In this document: one piece after another, positions 20,050 to 28,769 of the stretch
Position numbering within the stretch: position 1 is the stretch's first letter
Layout: the number at the start of each line of letters is the position of its first letter
Virus record (IMG/VR): IMGVR_UViG_3300027963_000039
Origin: a virus
Length of the DNA: 64,000 nt
Reading direction: 5' to 3' (one strand)
Position numbers and translations under genes: made by a program
Notes under the pieces: generated by a model
Seen by the model: only the letters and a program-made list of their open reading frames with translations
What the model was told of the DNA's origin: nothing
The model's database searches: none

Positions 20050-21843
20050 ATGGCTACACAACTACAATTAAGACGAGGTAATACGGTAGAAACTTTAGCG
20101 TTTACCGGCGCTATTGCTGAAGTTACCGTAGATACGGCACAAAACACGTTAACTGTACATAATGGTGTAACACCTGGCGGCATCTATTTGGTCAACAAAG
20201 GTCAATTTGAAGCAAACGTTACAAATTTGCAAACTTTTGCACAAGCAGCTTACAACGCAGCGAATACTGCTGGTGGTGATACTGCTTCCGCAAATACTAT
20301 TATAATTCAAGGTGTTGATCTTACTCAAAACACCAATATTACCGCTGTAAATACGTATGCTGGTTCTGCTTATGCTGCAGCTAATTTGGCATTAGGTATT
20401 GATGCAACACAGAATACCAATATTACTGCTGTAAACACTTATGCCGGTTCTGCTTATGCTGCAGCTAATTTGGCATTAGGTATTGATGCAACACAGAATA
20501 CCAATATTACTGCTGTTAATACATATGCTGGAAGTGCTTATGCTGCAGCTAATTTGGCATTAGGTATTGATGCAACTCAAAACACCAACATCACAGCAGT
20601 TAATACATATGCGGCATCAGCTTACGGTGTAGCCAATACTGCTACATCCAATATCACGGTAATTCAAGGTGTAGATAATACACAGAATACTAATATTACC
20701 GCTGTAAATACGTATGCTGGTTCTGCTTATGCTGCAGCTAATTTGGCATTAGGTATTGATGCAACTCAAAACACCAACATCACAGCAGTTAATACATATG
20801 CGGGTTCTGCATATAACAAAGCAAACAATGCACTTCCTTTAACTGGTGGTTCAATATCAGGCAGTATAGCAGTATCACAGGACTTAACTGTTTCTGGTAA
20901 CTTAGTTATTCTTGGAAATACAACCACAATCAACACATCATCATTTATTGTTACAGACTCCTTGATTCTTTTAGGTGAAGGTAATTACACATCTGATGTA
21001 TTGGATATTGGTTTTTCTGGTCACTACAACGATGGCACTAATGCTCACGCTGGTTTGATCCGTGATGCTGGAACAAAAGAATGGTATTTGTTTAAAGGTT
21101 ATACACCAGAAGTTGATGCAAATAATAATGTTGATCTCAACCACGCATCATTCAGAAAAGCAAACTTACAATCAGACTATGTTAAATCAAATCTAATTGC
21201 AACAACAGCTGTAGTAAATGGATTAGATATTTTCAATTACGTTACTTCTGCTTACGCAGCTGGTAATACCAATGCAACTAATATTACTGCTGTAAACACA
21301 TATGCTGCTGGTGCTTACGGTGTAGCTAATACTGCTACATCCAATATTACGGTAATTCAAGGTGTAGATAATACTCAAAACACCAATATAACAACAGCGA
21401 ATAATGCCGCATGGGCTGCTTACGCTGCTGGTAATACTAATGCAACAAACATCACAGCGGTCAATACGTATGCTGGAAGTGCTTATGGTGTTGCCAATAC
21501 TGCTACAAACACATTAGGTTACACATATGTAACTGCTGGTGGTTATGGTAGTGCAACTGCTGTACCTGCAATCACATTGGCTGCAAACGGTAGAGTTGTT
21601 GCTGTAACAAGCACAAATATACAATCCGGTACCACTGGCCAAGTTGGTTTGGTACAATTAACTGATTCTGTTACTTCTACTAGCACAACAACTGCTGGCA
21701 CACCAAACTCTGTTAAAATTGCATATGACAGAGCTGAAGCGGCTTTCACAGCTGCAAATTCTGCATCTGCCAATGCTTCATCAAGTTCTGGTGCAAGCTT
21801 GGCACAAGTGATGTTCTGGAGCGGTTTAGTGTCCGGTTCTTAA
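20050..21843 (+). CDS. Tail fibre-like protein with Mtd-N-like N-terminal domain and 28-aa repeats
   Basis: MATQLQLRRG..FTGAIAEVTVDT..VHNGVTPGG; GLVQLTDS..TPNSVKIAYD phage fibre repeat. Confidence 0.8.
   Translation: MATQLQLRRGNTVETLAFTGAIAEVTVDTAQNTLTVHNGVTPGGIYLVNKGQFEANVTNLQTFAQAAYNAANTAGGDTASANTIIIQGVDLTQNTNITAVNTYAGSAYAAANLALGIDATQNTNITAVNTYAGSAYAAANLALGIDATQNTNITAVNTYAGSAYAAANLALGIDATQNTNITAVNTYAASAYGVANTATSNITVIQGVDNTQNTNITAVNTYAGSAYAAANLALGIDATQNTNITAVNTYAGSAYNKANNALPLTGGSISGSIAVSQDLTVSGNLVILGNTTTINTSSFIVTDSLILLGEGNYTSDVLDIGFSGHYNDGTNAHAGLIRDAGTKEWYLFKGYTPEVDANNNVDLNHASFRKANLQSDYVKSNLIATTAVVNGLDIFNYVTSAYAAGNTNATNITAVNTYAAGAYGVANTATSNITVIQGVDNTQNTNITTANNAAWAAYAAGNTNATNITAVNTYAGSAYGVANTATNTLGYTYVTAGGYGSATAVPAITLAANGRVVAVTSTNIQSGTTGQVGLVQLTDSVTSTSTTTAGTPNSVKIAYDRAEAAFTAANSASANASSSSGASLAQVMFWSGLVSGS
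20311..20830 (+). repeat. Coding tandem repeat, 84 nt / 28 aa (IDATQNTNITAVNTYAGSAYAAANLALG)
   Basis: gcttatgctgcagctaatttggcattaggtattgatgcaac present four times; variants recur near 21250-21500. Confidence 0.85.
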
Positions 21844-21898
21844 TATAAAAAATATATAAATAATACTAGACGAGTTCAAATTAACAAGGAGAGCGAAG

Positions 21899-22102
21899 AT
21901 GTCTATCAAAATTCAAGGAACGGATGTTATTGACGATAGTAAAAATGTCGTCAATATTATCAACGTAACTGCTTCTACAAATGTGGAAGCAGGTTCTTAT
22001 GTCACAGCAGCATACTTCAAAGGTGACGGAAGTCAACTAACGAACGCTGGTGCTTCGATAGACAAAGCCTTCTTCTTAAGCAATCTTTTATCTGGCGGAT
22101 AA
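21899..22102 (+). CDS. Short fibre-like peptide (IKIQGTDVIDDS..FKGDGSQLTN)
   Basis: AAGGAG SD, TATAAATA at 21855, FxGDGSxLT fibre motif. Confidence 0.7.
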   Translation: MSIKIQGTDVIDDSKNVVNIINVTASTNVEAGSYVTAAYFKGDGSQLTNAGASIDKAFFLSNLLSGG

Positions 22103-22145
22103 TATCTCACAAAACTATTTTAATCAATACACTAGGAGCAATTAA

Positions 22146-22484
22146 ATGGCCTCAGGTTTAATTCAAAAAACTGCTGTAACCAGTACCACACTTACACCAA
22201 TTTATTCTGGTGTACCGTCAGGTAAAACTGCAACAGTTAATATTTTAATTTGTAACACATCAGCAGCCGCAGCATCAATTTCTATTGGTTTAACAAATGC
22301 TTCAGCTAATACTTTAGGTACATCAGACTACTTGGAATATAGAACAATTTTAGCACCAAACGAATCTCTAGAAAGAGGTGGTCTTGTTCTACAATCCGGA
22401 GCATACGTTTATGTTTCTGCGGATAGTAATCCATCGGGAGGTACAATTGCTCTTGGGTGTATTATTACAGGTTTTGAAGTTTAA
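22146..22484 (+). CDS. 112-aa beta-rich virion protein, copy 1
   Basis: AGGAG SD; VPSGKTATVNILICN..LERGGLVLQ..ITGFEV. Confidence 0.75.
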   Translation: MASGLIQKTAVTSTTLTPIYSGVPSGKTATVNILICNTSAAAASISIGLTNASANTLGTSDYLEYRTILAPNESLERGGLVLQSGAYVYVSADSNPSGGTIALGCIITGFEV

Positions 22485-22534
22485 TCTTTCATTATAAATA
22501 TATAAAATATAATCAATACATTAGGAGCAATTAA

Positions 22535-22873
22535 ATGGCAACGGGTATTATTCAACAAACAAACGTAACAAGCACGTCACTTACATCTATCTATAGTGGT
22601 GTACCTTCAGGTAAAACCGCTACAATTAACATTTTAATTTGTAACGCTGCTAGCAATGCTGCAACAATTACTTTAGGTTTAACAACAGGTGCAACAGGTT
22701 CTTTATCTGGAAGCCAGTATATCGAATATAAATCAATTTTAGCTCCATATGAAGTTATGGAAAGAGGTGGTCTTGTTCTACAAGCTGGCGCTTATGTTTA
22801 TTTACAAGCCGAAAGCAATCCTATTGGAACAGGTATCAATTTAGCAACAACAATAACAGGATATGAGGTATAA
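22535..22873 (+). CDS. 112-aa beta-rich virion protein, copy 2
   Basis: Same length and motifs as copy 1; near-identical leader. Confidence 0.75.
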   Translation: MATGIIQQTNVTSTSLTSIYSGVPSGKTATINILICNAASNAATITLGLTTGATGSLSGSQYIEYKSILAPYEVMERGGLVLQAGAYVYLQAESNPIGTGINLATTITGYEV

Positions 22874-22876
22874 AAA

Positions 22877-24052
22877 ATGTCCAGATATTTAAAAGAAGTA
22901 TCGGCTACGGCCTATAGATTTAAGAAATATTTCATCGTACCAGGAACCTATTCCGTTTTTATTCCAGCTTCAGTAAAGCAAGTAAAAACAATTGCTTTTG
23001 GTGGCGGCGGAAACTCTTGTACAACCACAATTACGAATTGCCTAAGCCAACTTCAGCAATGTTGTTGCTGTTGCTATGTCAGAGGTCACTTTTCTGGTGC
23101 CGGCGGCGGTTTTACAGAAAAAACCTGGTTCGGTGTGGGTGGTCAATATGCTTGTATAGTTGTTGGTAGTTCGGAAGGAACTTCTTCTATTTGTTTCTGT
23201 GGCTTTGGATCAATCTCCGCAACTGGTGGTACAGGTTCAGGAACATCAACTAGAACAACTACTGGTGGATCAGGTTCCGGTGGTGAGGTTAATAGATGTG
23301 GAAGTCCTGGTTATTGCCGTTGTACTAGCGGATTCTGTAGGTATGATGCAGTTTATTATAATTGCGCCGCCAGTAATCAAACAGAACACAACAAAATGAT
23401 GTGTTCCCTTCTTTATCAAGAATTAAGGGGTGTACATTTATCCGGAGGTACTCCAGGAAATTCATTATGTAATAGAGCCGCACTAAGTGATGACACCACC
23501 AACGTTTACAGCACTTGTTGTGGATGTGTATCATACGGTGTCGCCGGCAATGGCGGTGATAGACCAAACAATTATGCTTACCCTGCTAGCTTTGCATGTA
23601 ACGGTGTTACCCAGCATACAGTACAACGTTGTACATACACAACAGTTCCAGGATATTGCTGGGGATTCCCAGCTTGGTATTGTCAGAGTGCGTTTGCTTT
23701 AGGTATACAAAACTGTATTGATCCGTTCTATACCTTTGACTGGGATCCAATAGCGAACTGCTGTTGCACATGTTTAAGAAGTACCTGTACAAGTCCAGGA
23801 ACATTTTCCACAACAGGCAGCGGTTCTTGTTTCCTTAATAACTTTGGTGGTTACAACTATTGTTGTGCATACTGTTTCGTTGAAAGAAATAATGAGTCTT
23901 GTACACATACTTTCCTAGGTGCTCCAGGTTTTGGTTGTGCTCCAGGAACAACAGGCGGCGGTGGTGCTGGTATCTGGAACGGTGATGAAACTAGATGTTT
24001 ATCCGATTATTCTAGATCAGGTGGTGTTGGTCTTGTAGTTGTTCACTATTAA
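22877..24052 (+). CDS. Cys-rich, glycine-rich-domain protein (putative fibre tip)
   Basis: FxxPGTY..IAFGGGG..GAGGG..GGVGLVVVHY scaffold; 37 Cys by hand count, including CCCCC. Confidence 0.7.
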   Translation: MSRYLKEVSATAYRFKKYFIVPGTYSVFIPASVKQVKTIAFGGGGNSCTTTITNCLSQLQQCCCCCYVRGHFSGAGGGFTEKTWFGVGGQYACIVVGSSEGTSSICFCGFGSISATGGTGSGTSTRTTTGGSGSGGEVNRCGSPGYCRCTSGFCRYDAVYYNCAASNQTEHNKMMCSLLYQELRGVHLSGGTPGNSLCNRAALSDDTTNVYSTCCGCVSYGVAGNGGDRPNNYAYPASFACNGVTQHTVQRCTYTTVPGYCWGFPAWYCQSAFALGIQNCIDPFYTFDWDPIANCCCTCLRSTCTSPGTFSTTGSGSCFLNNFGGYNYCCAYCFVERNNESCTHTFLGAPGFGCAPGTTGGGGAGIWNGDETRCLSDYSRSGGVGLVVVHY

Positions 24053-24091
24053 ACGTTTAAATATTTAAATAAGTAATATAGAGGAAAAAAA

Positions 24092-24580
24092 ATGAAAAAG
24101 TTTAGACTTATTCCATATCATCATGACGAAAATTATTTTGAAATTATTGAAGAACTTATATTTGAACACGAATACGCTTTTGAAATTACCGATCCTACAT
24201 CGGTATTAGTGACATCAGAAGATTTTGGTCTCAATGATGTTGTTGACAATTCGGGAAAATTGGTTCAAAAGGCCGAAAAACCCGAACCAACTCCAGAAAC
24301 ATGGACTCCAGAATCTGAAAAATTTGAAAATGTTTTATCCGAAGAAGATAAACAAAAAAAGTTAATATCTTTACAAGAACAAATAACACTCACTCAAATA
24401 TTGGTTGATAGGTATACTACCAAATTAGCTAAATTTGCAAATAATGAGACTGTTCAAGTTAATGCTGAAGAAATTAAAAATGCTACTAAAGAAGAACAAA
24501 TTTCTTGGTATACGGAAGAACTAAAAAAAGCGCAAGATATTATTGAAAAAGCTAACGAAGAAATTAGTTCATTGAATTGA
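24092..24580 (+). CDS. Acidic hypothetical protein, possible fibre assembly chaperone
   Basis: GAGG SD; acidic with C-terminal coiled coil; directly follows the putative tip gene. Confidence 0.5.
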   Translation: MKKFRLIPYHHDENYFEIIEELIFEHEYAFEITDPTSVLVTSEDFGLNDVVDNSGKLVQKAEKPEPTPETWTPESEKFENVLSEEDKQKKLISLQEQITLTQILVDRYTTKLAKFANNETVQVNAEEIKNATKEEQISWYTEELKKAQDIIEKANEEISSLN

Positions 24581-24606
24581 TTTAATAATTTTTAACTGAG
24601 GATACT

Positions 24607-25359
24607 ATGAATACAACTGAAATTATATTAGATGAAGATTTAAAAAATCATTTGTTTATTGCATCTACGGAGACTACAGGGGCGGACTACTTGAATTCTT
24701 GTTTTCAGAAATGTAAAGACGTTTCTGTTTTAGAGAAAGATCAAGAGCTCTTGTTTTCTCCGTCTTTTTATGTGCCTCCTGTTTTTGAGGATCCAAACTT
24801 TTTTATAAAAGAAAGAGAATTACTTGAAACAGGAAGTGATATTGTATGGACAAATAACAACCTTCAATTGGACTTGAATTGGCAAAAACAAAATAGTAAA
24901 GCAAAATTGAGAGTTGGAAAATCAATCTACAATTTTCTTAGACCACACATACTGCTTGATTATTTTACAAATACTGGATTTCTAATAGTAACCAAAAATC
25001 CTTATGCTTTAATTCAAGATTACTTAACATTAGCACCTTTACTTGAGTTTGACATAGACAATCTTGCCGAACATGTCTTACAAGGCCTTATAATCCAACA
25101 AAAAAATAATTATCTATTAGGTAATAATTTTGCTTTCACTTATGAAGATATGGTTAGCAAACCAAAATGGGTAGAAGAAAAGATCAAAGAAAAGTATGGT
25201 ATTGAAGATTTTAAATTCCATTTTGAAGAAAAAATATCAAACAAAGAACAGATTGAAAAATTTACGGATGCTCAAATTGATTTAATCAACGATGTTTTCA
25301 TCAAGGCTAAAGACGCTTTAGAATATTGGGGATACGATTTAGTAAAGAGAGAAGATTAG
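24607..25359 (+). CDS. Sulfotransferase-fold protein with degenerate PAPS loop
   Basis: HLFIASTETTGADYL; FLIVTKNPYA (cf. RNP); YEDMVSKP; ALEYWGY. Confidence 0.55.
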   Translation: MNTTEIILDEDLKNHLFIASTETTGADYLNSCFQKCKDVSVLEKDQELLFSPSFYVPPVFEDPNFFIKERELLETGSDIVWTNNNLQLDLNWQKQNSKAKLRVGKSIYNFLRPHILLDYFTNTGFLIVTKNPYALIQDYLTLAPLLEFDIDNLAEHVLQGLIIQQKNNYLLGNNFAFTYEDMVSKPKWVEEKIKEKYGIEDFKFHFEEKISNKEQIEKFTDAQIDLINDVFIKAKDALEYWGYDLVKRED

Positions 25360-25379
25360 GCAATTTTGTTATAAGTTGA

Positions 25380-25408
25380 TTGACAAAATTATGTTTTTAT
25401 TGTAAAAT
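25380..25408 (+). promoter_or_regulatory. Sigma70-like promoter
   Basis: TTGACA-17 nt-TAAAAT upstream of the GT9-like gene. Confidence 0.6.
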
Positions 25409-25434
25409 TGAATATTTAATTCTGAGGAAATATT

Positions 25435-26367
25435 ATGTCTTATACTGTTTTTATTATTGATGGTGGTGCAGGTCGAGCGATTGCTGCTATTCCTGCACTT
25501 ATAAAATACCATTATAAAAACCCTAATGATGATTTTAAGATTCTTGTGCATGGATGGGATACACTATATTGGGGTATTCCTGAACTGCAAGACAGAACTT
25601 TTAATCCAGAAAACAAAGGCACGTTCGAGAATATCGTTCTCAACTGTAACCGTGTCGTAACTCCAGAACCTTACAAACTCCCATCCTATTTTAAACAAAA
25701 GAAGTCTCTAGGTGAGGCTTTCGATGAAACCATCAATGAAACAGATGATCATTCCGATTTGGATAAACCAACTATGGTTACAACCAAGATGGAAGAAAAG
25801 ATGGCAGCTAATATCATTTCTGAGGTTAAAAACAAACAGAAAAAAGAACTCACGATTGTCATTCAACCTTATGGACGTGGCGCCAAGGTTGATAATGGCC
25901 ATGTGATTGATGAAGCTTCACGTTCTTTAGATCCAGATGCATATCTGTTGTTAGCTAAAAAATTAGCTACGAAGTATAACCTCATCTATTTTGGAGAAAG
26001 ACAGTTCGCCATAGAACAAGATACATATACACATAAGATGGAAATGGACTTGAGAGGTTGGGCATCAGTCATTCAATCATCAGATTATTTTGTTGGTTGT
26101 GATTCGGTTGGACAATACATGGCAAGATGTTTTAATAAACCGGGAACCGTAATTTTTGGTTCAACATTCCCAATCAACACATCTTTTCCTGATCATTTCC
26201 AAATTATTGAAAAACCAGGAATCAAAAAATATTCACCTATTCGTTTAGTTGGTCTTGATTGCCATCTTGCAGATAGAATGAATGATACTCTAATGGATTT
26301 TACAGACGATGAAATTCATGATATCTTTTTGAAAATTGTTAAAGACATTGAAAACAAGGTGAAATAA
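25435..26367 (+). CDS. GT-B glycosyltransferase, GT9/heptosyltransferase-like
   Basis: IDGGAGRAIAAIPAL; IVIQPYG; FVGCDSVGQYMARCFNKPGTVIFGST (cf. GxDSGxxHxAxAxxxPxVxLFGPT). Confidence 0.7.
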   Translation: MSYTVFIIDGGAGRAIAAIPALIKYHYKNPNDDFKILVHGWDTLYWGIPELQDRTFNPENKGTFENIVLNCNRVVTPEPYKLPSYFKQKKSLGEAFDETINETDDHSDLDKPTMVTTKMEEKMAANIISEVKNKQKKELTIVIQPYGRGAKVDNGHVIDEASRSLDPDAYLLLAKKLATKYNLIYFGERQFAIEQDTYTHKMEMDLRGWASVIQSSDYFVGCDSVGQYMARCFNKPGTVIFGSTFPINTSFPDHFQIIEKPGIKKYSPIRLVGLDCHLADRMNDTLMDFTDDEIHDIFLKIVKDIENKVK

Positions 26368-28076
26368 TGAACGTATTAGGAATAAATCCAGGACACAATG
26401 GTTCTGCAGCATTAGTCTCTGACAATAAACTTATGTTTTATGTTGAGGAAGAACGGTTAAGTCGTAACAAATATGATGGTAATCCTTTCCTTGGCATCAT
26501 GCAGATTATGGAAGATTACCCACTAGATAGAATCATTATTGGTGGAACAGGCCAAAAAGAATCTTTGGGTACTTTGCCTTGGACAGGAGAAGATCCTTTT
26601 ACATCATTAATTAGAAAAAAATTAAATACGAATGGTATCGATGTGATGTACGCAGGCGAAAGTCACCACGTTGGCCATGCAGCATTATCTTTTTACAATT
26701 CAGGTTTCGATAAAGCAATTTCTATTGTAGTTGATGGATGTGGATCTTTTACAGTAAATAAAGAAAATGGTCTTTGTGGATTTGAAACAGATACAGTTTT
26801 TGTTTGTGAATATCCTAATAAGTTTGAGTTATTGAGTAAGAAACTATGTTATACTCCCCAACAAAACTCTATGGAATACTTTGACGGTACCTCAGAATAT
26901 AGTGTGGGTGCTCCTACAGTTAAGGTTTATGAAGGCGTTACAGATTATTTGGGTTTTGGTTTTATTGAAGCTGGTAAAACAATGGGTCTAGCACCGTACG
27001 GCAAACCAGATGAAAATATTCCACAGTTATACATCAATGGTCGTGGCAACCAAAACGTATTCATGCCTTTGTATCCTGCTGGAACAAGAATCAACCAGTT
27101 ACTTAACCCATACCTAAGACAAACTTTTGATCCAAAAGAATGGCACAGAGATCCAGAAAAGATCCCACAAGTATCCAAAAACTTGGCATACGCAGTTCAA
27201 AAAGAATCTCAAGAATTGGTTTTAGAAGCAATCAAAAAAGCAATCAAACTAACAGGTATCAAAAAAGTTTGTATCTCTGGTGGTTACGGACTAAATTGTA
27301 CTGCCAATTACTTCTTTAGAAAGAGTCTTCCATCTGATGTTGAACTTTGGTGTGAACCAATTTCTCATGATGGTGGTACTTCTATTGGTTTGGCTATGAT
27401 TGCTTGTAGAAACGAAACACAATCATCTGACGTTTACAAATCAAAATCAATTTATCTAGGTAAACAATACGATCCATCAACTTATTTAACTGATGTAAAC
27501 GAAGATGAATTTGAAATTGAATCTGTAGAACCTAAAGATGTTGCCAAATTAATTTCAGACAGAAATATTGTTGCACTTTTCCAAGGCCGTGCTGAAGCAG
27601 GTCCTAGAGCTCTAGGTAACAGGTCAATTCTTTATGATCCAAGAGATCCAGACGGCAAACAATTTGTAAATATTGTGAAAGGTCGTGAATGGTTTAGGCC
27701 TTTTGCAGGTTCTATGCTTAAAGAAGATGCTAAACATTGGTTCGATATGGCCGGAATGGAAGAATCTCCATTTATGATGTATGCTATTGATGTACAGTCT
27801 GACAAAGCACATCTGATTCCTTCTATCATTCATGTCGATGACACATGCCGTATTCAGACTGTTACAAAAGAACAGAATGAACACTATTACAATTTGATTA
27901 GTGAGTTTAAGAATATCACGGGTGTTCCAATCGTGTTCAATACAAGCTTTAATCTTGCAGGTGAACCATTGGTAGAAACTATCAAAGATGCGTTACACAC
28001 ACTCAGAAGTTCTAAGATGAACTATCTGTATCTACCAGAGGTTGGAAAACTTCTGACTAAGAAGGTAAAGAGTTAA
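26367..28076 (+). CDS. Carbamoyltransferase, NodU/CmcH family (full length)
   Basis: GHNGSAAL..EEERLSRNKY, HHVGHA, GKTMGLAPYG, GPRALGNRSIL, REWFRPFA, NTSFNLAGEP. Confidence 0.92.
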   Translation: MNVLGINPGHNGSAALVSDNKLMFYVEEERLSRNKYDGNPFLGIMQIMEDYPLDRIIIGGTGQKESLGTLPWTGEDPFTSLIRKKLNTNGIDVMYAGESHHVGHAALSFYNSGFDKAISIVVDGCGSFTVNKENGLCGFETDTVFVCEYPNKFELLSKKLCYTPQQNSMEYFDGTSEYSVGAPTVKVYEGVTDYLGFGFIEAGKTMGLAPYGKPDENIPQLYINGRGNQNVFMPLYPAGTRINQLLNPYLRQTFDPKEWHRDPEKIPQVSKNLAYAVQKESQELVLEAIKKAIKLTGIKKVCISGGYGLNCTANYFFRKSLPSDVELWCEPISHDGGTSIGLAMIACRNETQSSDVYKSKSIYLGKQYDPSTYLTDVNEDEFEIESVEPKDVAKLISDRNIVALFQGRAEAGPRALGNRSILYDPRDPDGKQFVNIVKGREWFRPFAGSMLKEDAKHWFDMAGMEESPFMMYAIDVQSDKAHLIPSIIHVDDTCRIQTVTKEQNEHYYNLISEFKNITGVPIVFNTSFNLAGEPLVETIKDALHTLRSSKMNYLYLPEVGKLLTKKVKS

Positions 28077-28680
28077 CAAACTCTAATAAATTTTGAAAGG
28101 TTTTGGTTCTCATTCTCAATTCTCGATTGGCGAATGAGTCCAACTTTTCTAAAGTTTCTTGATAGATACCAGTCTTGACTAAAACAGGTACGCAACCTAA
28201 AGAGTTTCCAGCTTTAAGGTTGCGTATTTTATTTCCGACAAAATAACCACCTTTAAATTTTATTCTTTGTTCTTTTTCGGCTTTCTTCATCATGCCAGTA
28301 TTTGGCATAGAGTAGATATCCTGTTTCATATTGGTAGTTGAGTACAGTACACCATCAATATTTTGTATTCCGTACTCACCAAATATTTCCATCATACGCA
28401 TATTTGTACGGTCAACATCATCTACAGTCAATATTCCCTCACTAATTAGTGGTTCATTGAAGAAAATAGAAACCTTATAACCTTTAAGACGTAAAAGTTT
28501 AATGGCTTCTAAAGAACCTTCAACTGGAACAACATCATCTGGAGTCTTTATTTGACCATCACGCAATATTACACCGGTTCGTTCAATAGCAACAACGCCA
28601 GTATTAAAAACTTCTGGCCAAGGTTCTAAATTCTTAAATCCTGAAACAGTTGCAATTTTGTTATCGTATCTTCCCATCAT
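28057..28680 (-). CDS. GmhB/HisB-like HAD-fold protein lacking catalytic aspartates
   Basis: AIERTGVI (cf. FLDRDGVI), EAIKLLRLKGY, MPNTGM (cf. KPxPGM), FVGNKIRNLKAG (cf. GDxxxDxxAG), VLVKTG. Confidence 0.75.
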   Translation of the reverse strand: MMGRYDNKIATVSGFKNLEPWPEVFNTGVVAIERTGVILRDGQIKTPDDVVPVEGSLEAIKLLRLKGYKVSIFFNEPLISEGILTVDDVDRTNMRMMEIFGEYGIQNIDGVLYSTTNMKQDIYSMPNTGMMKKAEKEQRIKFKGGYFVGNKIRNLKAGNSLGCVPVLVKTGIYQETLEKLDSFANRELRMRTKTFQNLLEFVNSLPS

Positions 28681-28769
28681 TATTCCTTAAACATAAATAG
28701 TCCATTACCTCTCATTGTATTATATATTGATCTAAAAAGTCAAATAAATACTAACAAAATGGAATCAAC

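Noticed and set aside
20311-20830. Regular direct repeats resembling a CRISPR array
   Set aside because: In-frame 84-nt coding repeats with synonymous variation, no unique spacers and no cas genes
18151-22873. Paralog pairs and an Mtd-like N-terminus as a diversity-generating retroelement
   Set aside because: No reverse transcriptase in the window; differences between copies are not confined to adenines
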